Source of the DNA: Octopus vulgaris
Lineage: Eukaryota
Direction of reading: 5' to 3'
DNA: 64,000 nucleotides
Assembly (NCBI GenBank): GCA_951406725.2
Contig: OX597830.1
Location: 54,498,001-54,562,000, forward strand
Shown here: positions 26,736 through 39,135 of the stretch, in pieces
Layout: every line of letters starts with the position of its first letter
Numbering within the stretch: position 1 is the stretch's first letter
Notes under the pieces: model-generated
What the model was told of the DNA's origin: nothing
The model's database searches: none
What the model saw: the letters and a program-made list of their open reading frames with translations, nothing else
Program-made: the position numbers and the translations under genes

Positions 26736-27286
26736 TTTATAAATAAACCAGATAATTATTTTCTTCAATAATAGTATTATCAATATTTAGCCATAAATAG
26801 ATACAAATTTCTAAGAAGAGTTAAAAACATTTTGCTGACAATGGAAAGAGGGAAAGGTTATTGTCAACTAACCAATTTCTGATCTTACTTCTAATGAGAA
26901 ATACCTGGTTTATATGGGATTTCCTTAATTTTTCAAATGGATCAAGAGTTTATCTTTGACCTGTTTTCAGTCACTGGACTGTGGCCATGCTGGAGCACTG
27001 CGTTGAAGGGTTTAGTCAAACAATTCAACCCCAGTACTTATCATTTCTTTTGCAATTTGGTATCTATTCTATCAGTCTCTCTTGCTGAACTGCTAAGTTA
27101 TGAGGATGTAAACAAATAAACATGATGATGGGTGACAAACACACACACACACACACATGATCACCTATCAATCTGGTGGCCACACAAGCCAGAATGACTA
27201 TGTTCTCACCAGAAAGCAGGATAGATAGTTGCTCCTAAATGCAAAGACCTTCCCAGAAGTATTGTACTCCTCTCAACATAGGTTAA

Positions 27287-27505
27287 CCCTTTAGTATTTA
27301 AACCGGCCATATCCGGCCAAAATAGTTAATCTGTTTTATGTTCAAACTGACCGGATCCAGGCTCTCGCACCTACCCTACAATGTTATTCTATATTAAGTA
27401 ATTACACCATCAACATCTTGAAGATATGAGACAATGCATGATTAATTCAAATCAATGGGAATCAATAAGCATTATGTTTGATAGAATAATCTGAACACTA
27501 AAGGG
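27287..27505. mobile_element. piggyBac-type MITE
   Basis: TTAA|CCCTTTAG...CTAAAGGG|TTAA; second copy at 61781-61956; related TTAA-CCCTTT elements near 1-225, 22396-22615 and 25240-25922. Confidence 0.8.
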
Positions 27506-27848
27506 TTAATCTTCAGATTTCAGGTTAAAAGGACTCCAAGAAGGAATCCAGTTGTGGAAAGGAAGAATATGAAAGCTAAGGTTAAACATGGAAGTCTGGG
27601 TTTTAAATCACGAAGATGATATGTAAATACAAATACATTTGTATGCATATGCACTCACACACATATACACACACACACACTGACATGAAGTTTGACATTT
27701 GTTAGCAGGGAGAGATGGTTATGATGATGATAATGATGATAATGATAATAATGTCAATAATGTCAGTTACAATGACAGTTATGAAGCTTCTGCCGATGCT
27801 GCTGAAAGTAGGGTGTTGACAAAGATAATGGTATGTGCTAACAACGGA

Positions 27849-27879
<31 letters not shown>

Positions 27880-28439
27880 GTGTATTTTAACTTGAAAATA
27901 TCAACTGAGAAGAACAGACAGAGAGAGAAAGAGTAAGAAAGGACAGAAAGATTGATTGAGGTAGACAGATGCACAGATAGAGAGATAGTCAGAGAGAAAG
28001 ATAGAGAGACAGAAAACAAAGAGAGAGAGGTAAACAGAGAGAGAGATAATAAGACAGGAAGACAGACAGGTAAATAAATAGAAAGGTAGACACAAGGAGA
28101 AACTGAGGCAGATGGATTGACACGTGTAAGGAGAAAACAGACAGGCAGACAGACAGTGAGACAGACAGGTAGACAGACAGGTAGACAGACAGGTAGACAG
28201 ACAAAATACAGATTCTTTAGCAAGTTGACTTTGAAGTTTGGTAAAAAGGTGAATGTTTGGTGAGTTGAAAGAAATGTGAAGTTATTTTTAACCATTTTGT
28301 AACGCAAACTTCAGATGTGTTTCAACAAAGTGGTGAGGGTAGTGGTGGTGGTGCTTAAAACTACAGATACGTATACATATAACAGCTATGTGCATATATT
28401 TGTGATATGTGCACATGCAGTAACTGATAAACGACAACC

Positions 28440-28477
<38 letters not shown>

Positions 28478-28888
28478 TTATCATCCCTTTTCCATGCTGG
28501 CATGAGTTGGACGGTTTGACAAAGAGCTGTCAAAACAGAAAAATTGTGTCAAGCTCTGTCGTCTGCTACCATGGTTTCTATGGCTGGATGCCTTTCCTAA
28601 AAACAATGAATAGTTGTATTTCGTTTTTGGATTTGATTTGCAAGATTCTTTATATGAGTTCGTGTGTTGAAGCATATTCTGTTGTGTCTGGGGAGAGTCA
28701 TTTTCTTTTTGTGCCTTATAATGTAACACACTCACCGGTAAAATTTCCGCGTTTTTCTTATTTTTATGTGTCCTAAAATTTTCGCTGTCTTGCAACCTTT
28801 TGTGCTGTTACATAATAAGGCACAAAAAGAAAATGACTCTCCCCAGACACAATGAATAGTTGGTGACTTATTTATTGAAACTAATTGT

Positions 28889-29293
28889 GGATCTTTTTGG
28901 TTTGAACGGCAGTTTTTTAACATAATTTCCACGTAACTAAACACTTTTAAACTTTGTATACTGATAGAATGTGATTATAAAACATCTTTTTCTCTTGGCT
29001 TTATTGAGAAAATTCTATAGTTTGTAAGATATTTGTTGTTTTTTTTCTTCAATTTCTGCAATTTCAACCAATCAATGACGTCTATTGAGGTGAAAACATT
29101 CTGTGCTGTATGACTATGTCCCTCGTTTAAGAAACAGATTGGGTTTATTTACATTTCTGAAGAAAAAAAGATACCCTTCCCCTAACCCTAAAACAGATTG
29201 AAATGCAATAGATCGATACTAGGGTCATAATTATGGGTGACAATTTCATATGACACCGCTAGAAAAAAACTGCCGTTCAAACCGAAAAGATCC
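28889..29293. mobile_element. MITE with GG-initiated ~30-bp TIRs (Merlin-like)
   Basis: GGATCTTTTTGGTTTGAACGGCAGTTTTTT / AAAAAACTGCCGTTCAAACCGAAAAGATCC; flanks CTAATTGT / CTAATTAT give a 7/8 TSD. Confidence 0.8.
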
Positions 29294-30724
29294 CTAATTA
29301 TAGTTCACTGAAACAGTGAACAATCAGTGAATGCAGTTCATTGAATCAGTGAACAGCTGATTACTGCAGTTCATTGAAACAGTGAAGACTTGGTTATTGC
29401 TATTCATAATAACAGTGAACAGCTTAGCACAGTAGAAAAAGCAGCAGCAAGTGGAGACGCAATGGCCCAATGATTAGGGCAGCGGACTCAATTCCAAGCT
29501 TGTGTGTGTTTATCGAGTGAAAACACCTAAAGCTCCATGGGGCTCTGGCAGGGGGTGGTGGCGAACCCTATTGTACTCTTTCTCTCACTCTTTCTTCCTG
29601 TTTCTTGTCCCCGACTTCCTACGCAACCGCTGAGCCTGGACGCGCATTCATCCATCCGTCGATGCTCTCGGTGTCGGGGGGGGGGTTGACCTGCTCTCTC
29701 TTCTGTGGGTCTTACGAATAGCAAAGGACCACGTTTCGGACTTCTCTCACTACAGAAGACAGCTTTGCTCAACATCAACATCATCATCACAGCAACAGCA
29801 AAGAAATCTGGAACCATACAAGAACTGTGCCAAATAATGGCTAGAAACTACGCAATGATACTAAAGAACAAAACCAAAGTAAATTACATCAGTAATTCTG
29901 GTCTTTGTTGTTAAAGCCATATGATTGGTTCCATTGAAATTATTAAATTATTAACCCACAAAACCAACAACATGGTCGTTTGTAAATTAATCAGCAATGA
30001 GATTACATAACCAGACTCTAATACAAACAGTGGTGCTTTCAATGAATTCTTCATTTTTTATTTCATTTATTTACATCTTGGCTCAAGTGTTACCATTAAC
30101 CATTGTAAATGTTAGCAGTGGTGATGGTGGTAGTAGTAGTAGTAGTAGTAACAGCCACAGTAGCAGCTGTTTAAGAATTTGGACCTGGAGATCTCCATTT
30201 CCAGCGACTTCGAGGGCCACCTCCCAGTGGTGTCAGGCGTTAACGAAGAGCCCTCGGTTGTCAAGCGATGTTGGGCGGACAAACACAGACACACAAACAT
30301 ACACACGCACATATTATATACATACATACAACGGGCTTCTTTCAGCTGCTGTGATTTGAGTACTGAAACAATAGTTCTTACAGAGCAATGAGCGATTTAT
30401 GCTCTGTCTGTAACTGATGACGTATAACAAAGTAGAAACTAGTGTTTTATTGTCCGATGACGTCATTAATCAATTCCTTCTTGACAAATCTTTAACACGC
30501 TGCTAAGTGTACTTTTTATAGTTCACATATAAAAACGGCCGCTTTTTGTGAAGATGTTGCAGATCTTTTTAGTTCTAGATATCGTGATCATTTCTAGCAT
30601 ATGAATTAAGAATTTGCATTCTCTCGCCAAGAGCCGAAGTTCAGCCATACTTTGCGTGCGTGCGTACGTACGTACGTGCGTTCGTACGTACGTATGTACG
30701 TATGTATGTATGTATTCTATTCTA

Positions 30725-30907
30725 TTTGTTTCAGTCATTTGACTGCGGCCATGCTGGAGCACCGCCTTTAGTCGAGACAATCGACTCCAGAACTTATTCT
30801 GTTGGTCTTTCTTGCCAAACCGTTAAGTGACGGGGACGTAAACACACCAGCATCGGTTGTCAAGCGATGTTGGGAAGACAAACACAGAAACACAAACACA
30901 CGCACAC

Positions 30908-30961
<54 letters not shown>

Positions 30962-31113
30962 GACGGGCTTCTTTCAGTTTCCGTCTACCAAATCCACTCA
31001 CAAGGTTTTGGTCGGCCCGAGGCTATAGTAGAAGACACTTGCCCAAGGTGCCACGCAGTGGGACTGAACCCGGAACTATGTGGTTGGTAAGCAAGCTACT
31101 TACCACACAGCCA
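30725..31113 (-). mobile_element. SINE family A, full-length CpG-intact copy
   Basis: Reverse complement of the 18256 element, ending at ...GCCACTCCTACGCC. Confidence 0.9.
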
Positions 31114-33155
31114 CTCCTACGCCTATAGTTTATGTAAATAGGAGAGTACCAATAGTGACCCTTTGCCTTCCTTGGTTACAGAGAGAGAGGTGGCTGGAAG
31201 AGAGAGAGGATGAAAGAGATAAGAGAGATGGGGTGGTAGAGAGAGGCTGCGAAAGGGAGAAAGAGGGAGGTAGAAAGAGAGAGAAAGAGAGGGTATCGCA
31301 AAGAAGCGAGGGAATGGAGCAGATGCCGACGAAACTGGGACACGCATGTGGCGAACACCACACTATTTGCTGCTGAGCCTACCCACACCCAACCACCAGT
31401 TACCCTACTTCCGGATTTCAAGACAACAAAAAGATTTGGGAAGTATTCCAAACGTGTGATCGTTGGAGCTGGTAGAGACAGCAGCCAAATCTGCCTTAAA
31501 TTATTATTAACCTACGATCTGAGGAAAATAAACGACACGTTGAGCCATTCTGTCTTCTCTGTATACGGGGAAAAGGCAGAATGGTCACGGCTGGAATGGA
31601 ATGCCCTTGATTATAGGTTTACTATATTAAAGGTTGACCTGGAGCTATAAGAACTTCTTTTTTTTTCTGTGTTTACACGTGTAAATAATATATAGAATGT
31701 GTGTATGTGTGTGTGTAACGCAGAATTGCTAAATTAAAGATATGTGCTGTGGTTGATGAAGGTGGTGGTGGGAGATAATAGTACCCCCTCCCTTGTCCTG
31801 TATATCGGTTTAATTAATCATTAATTCTCAACCCACCACCGCTAGCACCACCAACACGCTTTACAAACTTACATAACATACGCACACACACAATATACAT
31901 ACATCCATAATTACACATAAGTCTATTTCAATACATACAGCTATAATGCACCGTACACTGTTTACACACGTTGCAGGTCGCAACAGCAAACACACACGCA
32001 TTAGACCACTTACTGTACACACACAACGGTAGAGGCTATTGTACACATATATAGCAACGTAACCACTATTCACTATGCACGCACACACACACATACATAC
32101 ATATATACATACACGCACACAGACGCATTAACTAATGATTACAATGTTGATGATGGTGGTGTTGGTGGGAGGGAAGAAATAGTGGTGTTATTGACAACGG
32201 CTAGAAGTGAGAAGGTGAACAGGAGGACAAACTGGGCGTTATGTAAAACGAAGGGTCAAATCTAACGTATACACACACACATTCACAAAAATATCTAACA
32301 TACGATTATACACACACACACACACTCCACATGATGTGTAAATTGAGCTCCATTCATAAGTTCCACACCAGTGGCTGAGAAGTGGGGAGGTGAGAACTAT
32401 TGTTTTCGCCAACATCCTGAAAGGAAACTGGGTTCATTTAGTGAGTGTTTGCTAATGGTTGAACAAGTGCGTATGCATGGGTCAAGCATGTATGTGTATA
32501 TAAACACACACACACACACACACACACAGATATAGAAGGAAAAAATTACTAAAGCATAAATCAATGTTTGTAGAAATTGAATGATGCTATAACTCATTGC
32601 ACTCATATTTTAAAAGTTTGAAATAAATATTGTGTGTGTATGTGTGTACATGCATGTAAGTAGCTTTCTTACCAACCACATGGTTCTGGGTTCAGTTCCA
32701 ATGCATGGCACCTTGGGCAAGTGTCTTCTCCTATAGCCTGGTATCTTTATTTTTGGCTAAATGCTTCTCTGCAGTTGCTTTACTATGAAGATAGCATCAG
32801 TAGTGCTTCTTCCAGACACAGAAGCAAACTGTATCTCATCTAGGTTAATTGTTTTGTGTGTGAGTAACAAAGAGGTGATGAGAAGAGACAGCATGGGCAT
32901 GAGAAGATTGCAGCTGCCTTGCTTTGATTGCAACAAGAAAGACAAACTACCATTGTGATGGAGTGGACCCCAGGAGGAGGGAAAAGGCTGAGGGGAAGAC
33001 CAAGCAAGACAGGGTGCAGTAGGTTCTGGGATGACACAATAGTGATGGGGGTTGGCCCAAGTCGAGCCAAGAGGAAGGTGAGCAATTGGGATATTTGCAG
33101 AAGTCTCATTGCCTGTGGTGCTGACACCACTGGAAGATCTAAGAGCTAAAATATT

Positions 33156-33195
<40 letters not shown>

Positions 33196-33257
33196 AATAT
33201 ATGTATAATGATTTTATATATATATATATATATATATAAAATCATTATACATATATT

Positions 33258-33294
<37 letters not shown>

Positions 33295-33309
33295 CATTAT
33301 ACATATATT

Positions 33310-33356
<47 letters not shown>

Positions 33357-33955
33357 CATCATCATCATCGTTTAACGTCCGCTTTCCATGCTAGCCTGGG
33401 TTGGATGATTTGACTGAGGGCTGGTGAACCAGATGGCTGCACCGGACTCCAATCTGATCTGGCAGAGTTTCTACAGCTGGATGCCTTTCCTAACGCCAAT
33501 CACTCCGAGAGTGTAGTGGGTGCTTTTACGTGCTACCGGCACGAAGGCCAGTCAGGCGGTACTGGCAACAGCCACGCTCAAATGGTGCTTTTTATGTGCC
33601 ACCTGTACTCTCATACACACACACACACACATATAGTTTGGCAAAAATCAATGTGAACTACACACAAAAACAGAGATTCCTCTGGAATAACTTATATGGA
33701 TTTTGGAAACAATGAAAAACTTATGAATTACACACACACACACACACACACACATACATATATAATCATCATTATTTAACATCTGTTTTCCATGCTGGCA
33801 TGGGTTAGATGGCTTGACTGAAGGTTGTAAGCTGGAGAGCTGCACCAGAATCCAGTTGTCTGTTTTGATGCATATCGCAAGACTGTAACTTTCAAAAAAA
33901 AAAAAAACACTGTTAAAGTAGTTAAGTACAACCACTAATCTCTCTCTCTCTCTCT

Positions 33956-33989
<34 letters not shown>

Positions 33990-33993
<4 letters not shown>

Positions 33994-34352
33994 ATAGTGG
34001 GGTAGACCGGTTTATGTGGTTACCCTGGGTTTCTTGCTCATAAGGGGTTTAGCCTTACGGCGTATCTTCAGACTGCAAACTGATGGCCTGACACCTCTTT
34101 AATATATGGAGGTGGGGGGGGGGGCAGACTTCGTTTTTAAGGGTAAAACCCTAGGGGATTATTGATTGACTTTAGCGAAGGGAGATAATCAGCTAGGGGG
34201 TTTACCCTTAAAAACGAAACTTTTCCTCCTCCGTATTTTAAAGAGGTCTCAGGCTAGCAGGAATTGGGGTCCGAAGATACGCCGTAAGGTAAAACCCCTT
34301 ATGAGCGAGAAATCCTGGTTAACTCCATAAACTGGCCTACCCCACTATAATA
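33990..34352. repeat. ~360-bp foldback (whole-element imperfect palindrome)
   Basis: TATTATAGTGGGGTAG...CTACCCCACTATAATA with complementarity continuing inward (GCTCATAAGGGGTTT, CCTTACGGCGTATCTTC, TTCGTTTTTAAGGGTAAA). Confidence 0.9.
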
Positions 34353-34440
34353 TTAACTGCTCAACATCTTAGGGTGAGCTTCTCCGGGTTTATGCATTTC
34401 TACAAACGATATATATACAGATATATTATATACATACAGG

Positions 34441-34476
<36 letters not shown>

Positions 34477-34975
34477 CATACATACATGCACACACACACA
34501 ACTACATTTACATATATACACATATATCTACTAATAAAAGATGTACATGTTTATGTTATATATGAAAATATAATTTCATTTGCATCAACACGTTACAAAA
34601 TTTATATAAGTTCATACATACATATACGTTCATAAATATGTACAAACATAATAGATCTATACCCATAAGTACATTCTAATATATTCGTACATTAAAGTAT
34701 TAATATTTACAGCCCCAAATATATCGACCTGGTAGATATAGCAGCCAAATTTCCTTTAACTTTCACTCCACTGTCTTAAAAATGGTCATAGGTTAATTAA
34801 TGTAGTCTCAGGCGTGGGAGTCCTTGATGAGATGTCTAATCACAGGTTTTCCAACCCCTACATCAACACACACACACATATACATATAATACATACGTAC
34901 ACACACACACATACGTATGCATGTGTATGTATATGTGTATACAAATATATACTCTCATAGATAGATAGTACCTAC

Positions 34976-35212
34976 CTTGTTTAAATCAGCTTCGATTTCC
35001 GCAGCCCTTATAACAATTGGTCCCCGAACCGCGTATTCCATTTCCTTTACATGGGGATTCATGCTGGCCACCGATAGTACTTTGGTACGTCGAAGCTGAC
35101 GTTGTAGGTTCCATTTCGGGGCTGGCTCTATGAATCCCGGGATTAAATTATGAAATCCACCACAGCACTGGCGAGATAAAACACTCACCGATTTCTGCCT
35201 AACACAGTGCAT
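34976..35212 (-). CDS. GPT: Alanine aminotransferase, coding exon 1 (79 codons, phase-0 donor)
   Basis: Translation MHCVRQ...KVLSVASMNPHVKEMEYAVRGPIVIRAAEIEADLNK contains the ALT N-terminal motif (EYAVRGPIV.RA). It is followed by the donor AAG|GTAGGT at 34975. An in-frame TAA lies 8 codons upstream of the ATG. Confidence 0.93.
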
Positions 35213-35952
35213 TATTAAGGGTGGACTGTGTGGTTAAGGTGTCGTTTCTAGGAAGTGGAATCTGTTTTTCTTTGTTGTATGGATGAATGTATCGGGACTG
35301 ACTTTACAGTGGAAGGAAGAAGAAGAGGCGGATGAAACGGTGTGTCTTGGTCGCAAGATTTCCCCCAACAACACCAGAATTAGCAGTAGTGGTAGTAGTA
35401 GTAGTAATAATAACAATAATAGTAGCTGTGGTACTGTAGTTAAAGTGAGAATAATATGTATAAGGTGGTTGTGGCAGTGGTAATTGTTGATACCAAACAC
35501 TTGAGATACGGCTGACTGACGATTACAGTAGAGAGAGAGAAAGAAGGAGAGAGAGAACGATGGTGGTGGGTGGGAAAAGAAACTTGTGATAGTTCAGTCA
35601 CGTTGTGGGACGCAGTTATTTCCCTTAGTTGGACTCGCTTCTCCTTGACACATGTACGCGAACACGCACATGACACGCACATGCAGAGAGAACCAGAGGC
35701 AGGCATCTATCCCAACCTGTACTCTTCTACATATAGCACCTGTTAAAGTTAATTATTCTCGTTAATGTATATATATATGATTTAGTTCGATGCACGAGCC
35801 TGTTTTACGTACTCCCTAAGTTTATCCGACATCATGGAAACTCCATAGTTCGTCGTAAGCAAACCACTGAATAGACTTAAATATACTTTTATTTTCTAGA
35901 GTTTGTACCGAGGACCTCTCATTTGTTCACTACCAACGGGCATATATATATA

Positions 35953-36215
35953 TAAACAATATTTTTTTATAATTATGAGTATAATTATAATTAGGGTTCA
36001 ACAAAATTTACTTCGCCACATACCAAACTTTAGAAATAGCAGCCAAAGAACTTAGCTATTTCTTCTACTATAAGAAGAAACTCCCAGACAACATATACTC
36101 AGAAGAAATAGCTAAGTTCTTTGGCTGCTATTTCTAAAGTTCGGTATGTGGCGAAGCAAAGTTTGCTGAACCCTAATTATAATTATACTCATAATTATAA
36201 AAAAAATATTGTTTA
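35953..36215. repeat. Inverted repeat with ~114-bp arms and 34-bp spacer
   Basis: 35953-36066 is the near-perfect reverse complement of 36101-36215. Confidence 0.9.
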
Positions 36216-36317
36216 AATTTACCGAAAATGGTCCTTTTAACATGCCGAATACTACTTGGTGGAATTATGAATTACTAATTAATTAATTAATTAATTTTAC
36301 CCTTTATTATTATTGAT

Positions 36318-36348
<31 letters not shown>

Positions 36349-36353
36349 ATAAT

Positions 36354-36388
<35 letters not shown>

Positions 36389-37079
36389 TACTGATACATT
36401 CGTAAAGGAAAACCATTCTAAATAGGGAGCCTCTACATGGTCGCATACTTTGCTAGAAATAGCAGCCAAGTCTTCCTTCAAATTAACATCTCCCCACCAC
36501 ACATACTTATGTCATTGGAATGCCTTCTTTCATAAGACTGCTAGCACAGGACTGACCTATGATCAAAGACATTCCATCCTTTTCTAAAACGTTAAGTCGT
36601 GCTTTGAGAGTCATTTGGCTGCTATTTCATTTAGGCTTCTGCTATATGCATGGCCTAGTGGTAAGGATATTGGGCTCACGATCGTAAGATAATAGGTTCG
36701 ATTCCTGGACAGGGTTGCTCATTGTGTGTTGAGCAAAGCACTTTAAATCACGTCCTACTCTTGGATGTTGTGCTGGGTCAAGAGTAGGATGACCGAGAAG
36801 GTGTCGTATGTCTGCTCTCGACTGCACAGGCACCAAAAACAATTAGCGACAGCGTGGGATTTGCTTTCTTGTTAACGATAGCTATGATTTTGTTTTAAAC
36901 ACACGCCCGCATGTGAATAAATACTTATAAACACATAACACCACGTTGTCCAGGTTGAAAGAAAACGCCTATGGACAATCGATAAGGCATTTGCAAATCT
37001 AGGACAATAAAAATTTGCAAGACTTTTTTAAGATTGAAAGGACGATGAACAAAGCAAGAAGCTTTACTATCAAGCAGGT

Positions 37080-37477
37080 CAGCGCTGGATTAACCATTAG
37101 GTAAAATAAGCACGTGCTTAGGGCATCAAGGAAAGGAGGGGGGTACCTCAGAAATGGTAAATGGTTTACGGCACAAAAGAAATCACTTTAAACTTGGTAA
37201 AATAACATCTGGGACGCCTTTATCTCTACTAAGTATAGATGCAGCAGATGTGTTACCAAAGATTAATTTGAGGATCTGAACAAAGACTTCCCAATTCAAA
37301 AAAGTAGGAGGAAACTTTTCAAATATACATAAAGTAGAAGTATACAAAAATAAACATTATTTTCCTTCTTACTGTTTTGTTTTGTTTTGAAAAAATAATA
37401 TTATTTTACGGTTTGTTGTCGTTTGTATTTTGAATTACGAAGTGCTTAGGGCCTCCATGGGTCTTAATCCGGTCCTG
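37080..37477. mobile_element. hAT-type MITE with perfect 8-bp TSD
   Basis: Imperfect TIRs CAGCGCTGGATTAA / TTAATCCGGTCCTG; TSD AAGCAGGT at 37072-37079 and 37478-37485; partial copy at about 57747-57866. Confidence 0.85.
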
Positions 37478-38079
37478 AAGCAGGTAGACAGTTAAAGTTA
37501 ATTCTAAATTAAAAAGAGAACAAAAAAATATGCATACATACATGTATACTTACATAAATACATGCATGCATGCACACATACACACATCCATCCATCCATC
37601 CATACATACATACATACATACATACATACATACATACATACATACATACATACATACATGATGATGATGATGATGTTGTCCACTTGTGACCAAGGAAGAC
37701 CATTGCCCATGCAAAAATGCCAACAATGCCCGTGCATGAAGTTAATGTACCAACTGTCAGATTCACCCGGGTTGGTGTCAGTGGATTTCATGATCGCTAC
37801 GGTACTCTGCTGCTCAATCGGGAATCGGATAGTTCCCTCGTCGGCGACTGCACAATCTAAAATAATAGGTCTAATAAGGCTGCACATCACTTAGCAGACC
37901 CTCCCTACCCTAGTGACATGATCCAGGGACAAACCAAGGCTAGATATCTCGCGTCAATGTGGGTCATAGGCTCAGGAAAGTGGGAGCGCCATGGTTTCAA
38001 GCGCAAGTAAAGGATCCCCAAAATGTCCAATGCCATTTCCTGAATATATTTGATTTGATATCTATTAAATATATGCAGG

Positions 38080-38348
38080 ACCGACCAGACCATCAGATGT
38101 TGTTACACATCGCTGGTCACAATGCGTTTAGCCTTCGAATGAGACCACCCCGCTGGCTAAGTGAGCAAGCCAACGGAAGAAAGAGTGGTGAAAGAGTACA
38201 GCAGGGATCACCACCTCCTGCCGAGGCCTCGTGGAACTTCTAGGTGTTTTCGCTCAATAAACACTCACAACGCCCGGTCTGGGAATCGAAACCGCGATCC
38301 TACAACCGCGATTCCTCTGCCCTAACCACTGTGCCATTGCGCCTCCAC
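38080..38348 (-). mobile_element. Third tRNA-headed SINE family
   Basis: Head GTGGAGGCGCAATGGCACAGTGGTTAGGGCAG...GTTTCGATTCCC; homologous copy at about 29451-29750 (+). Confidence 0.7.
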
Positions 38349-38516
38349 GCATATATGTAATCTATGTAATATATGTAAGTGACCTTCTTCTAGAAACATG
38401 TTTTAACAAAAGTTAATCAGTGCCCCACTCCCAATGGTCTTCCAGCAAGCTGGACACCCACCCGGAATTTCTGAAGGCTCGTGCCAATGCAAGATAGTCG
38501 TTGAACCTACAGAAGG

Positions 38517-38690
38517 CACTAGCGCAGCTAGAGATGGGAGGAGGGGGAGTGGTCCTCCATGGGCGGTACGTTTGTGGGGCGGCACCACATTTGGGTCTGC
38601 TGTATGTAATATGTATTTTTTGTTGGGGTGGAGTGGTTTGGCAAACTGAAGGGCCGCTCTGGGGCGGCACACACTCTAGCTACGCTAGTG
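38517..38690. mobile_element. Small GC-rich MITE
   Basis: 17-bp TIRs CACTAGCGCAGCTAGAG / CTCTAGCTACGCTAGTG (16/17 match), internal GGGGCGGCAC repeats. Confidence 0.65.
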
Positions 38691-39135
38691 ATATAAGGTA
38701 AATCCGTCCATTTGACCAGTCTTGTCCTGCTGGGTTTCTAGCCACATTCTCCACCCGACAAGCCAAGTAGGGGTATTGGGTCAGTCGCCAATGACCCGAC
38801 CATGCAATACTTTGTACCGGACTCTATGTTCCCAGTAGTTCTTACGAGAGACTTCACAAGTGACCTGACATACATACATACATACATACATACATACATA
38901 CATACATACATACATAAATACATACATACTTACAAACATACAAACATATATACATACATACATACATACATACATACATACATACATACATACATACATA
39001 CATACATACATACATACATACATACAAACATATATACATACATACATTCATTCATACATACATAAATACATACATACATTCATACATACATTCATACATA
39101 CATACATACATACATACATACATACATACATACAT

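Noticed and set aside
29451-29500. tRNA-like sequences at SINE heads (also 36645 and 38280)
   Set aside because: They continue into SINE bodies and lack a complete cloverleaf; not tRNA genes.
30408-30450. CTGATGA...GAAACTAGTG hammerhead-like string (mirror copy near 43750-43780)
   Set aside because: No stem II pairing, G at the cleavage position and no convincing stem I.
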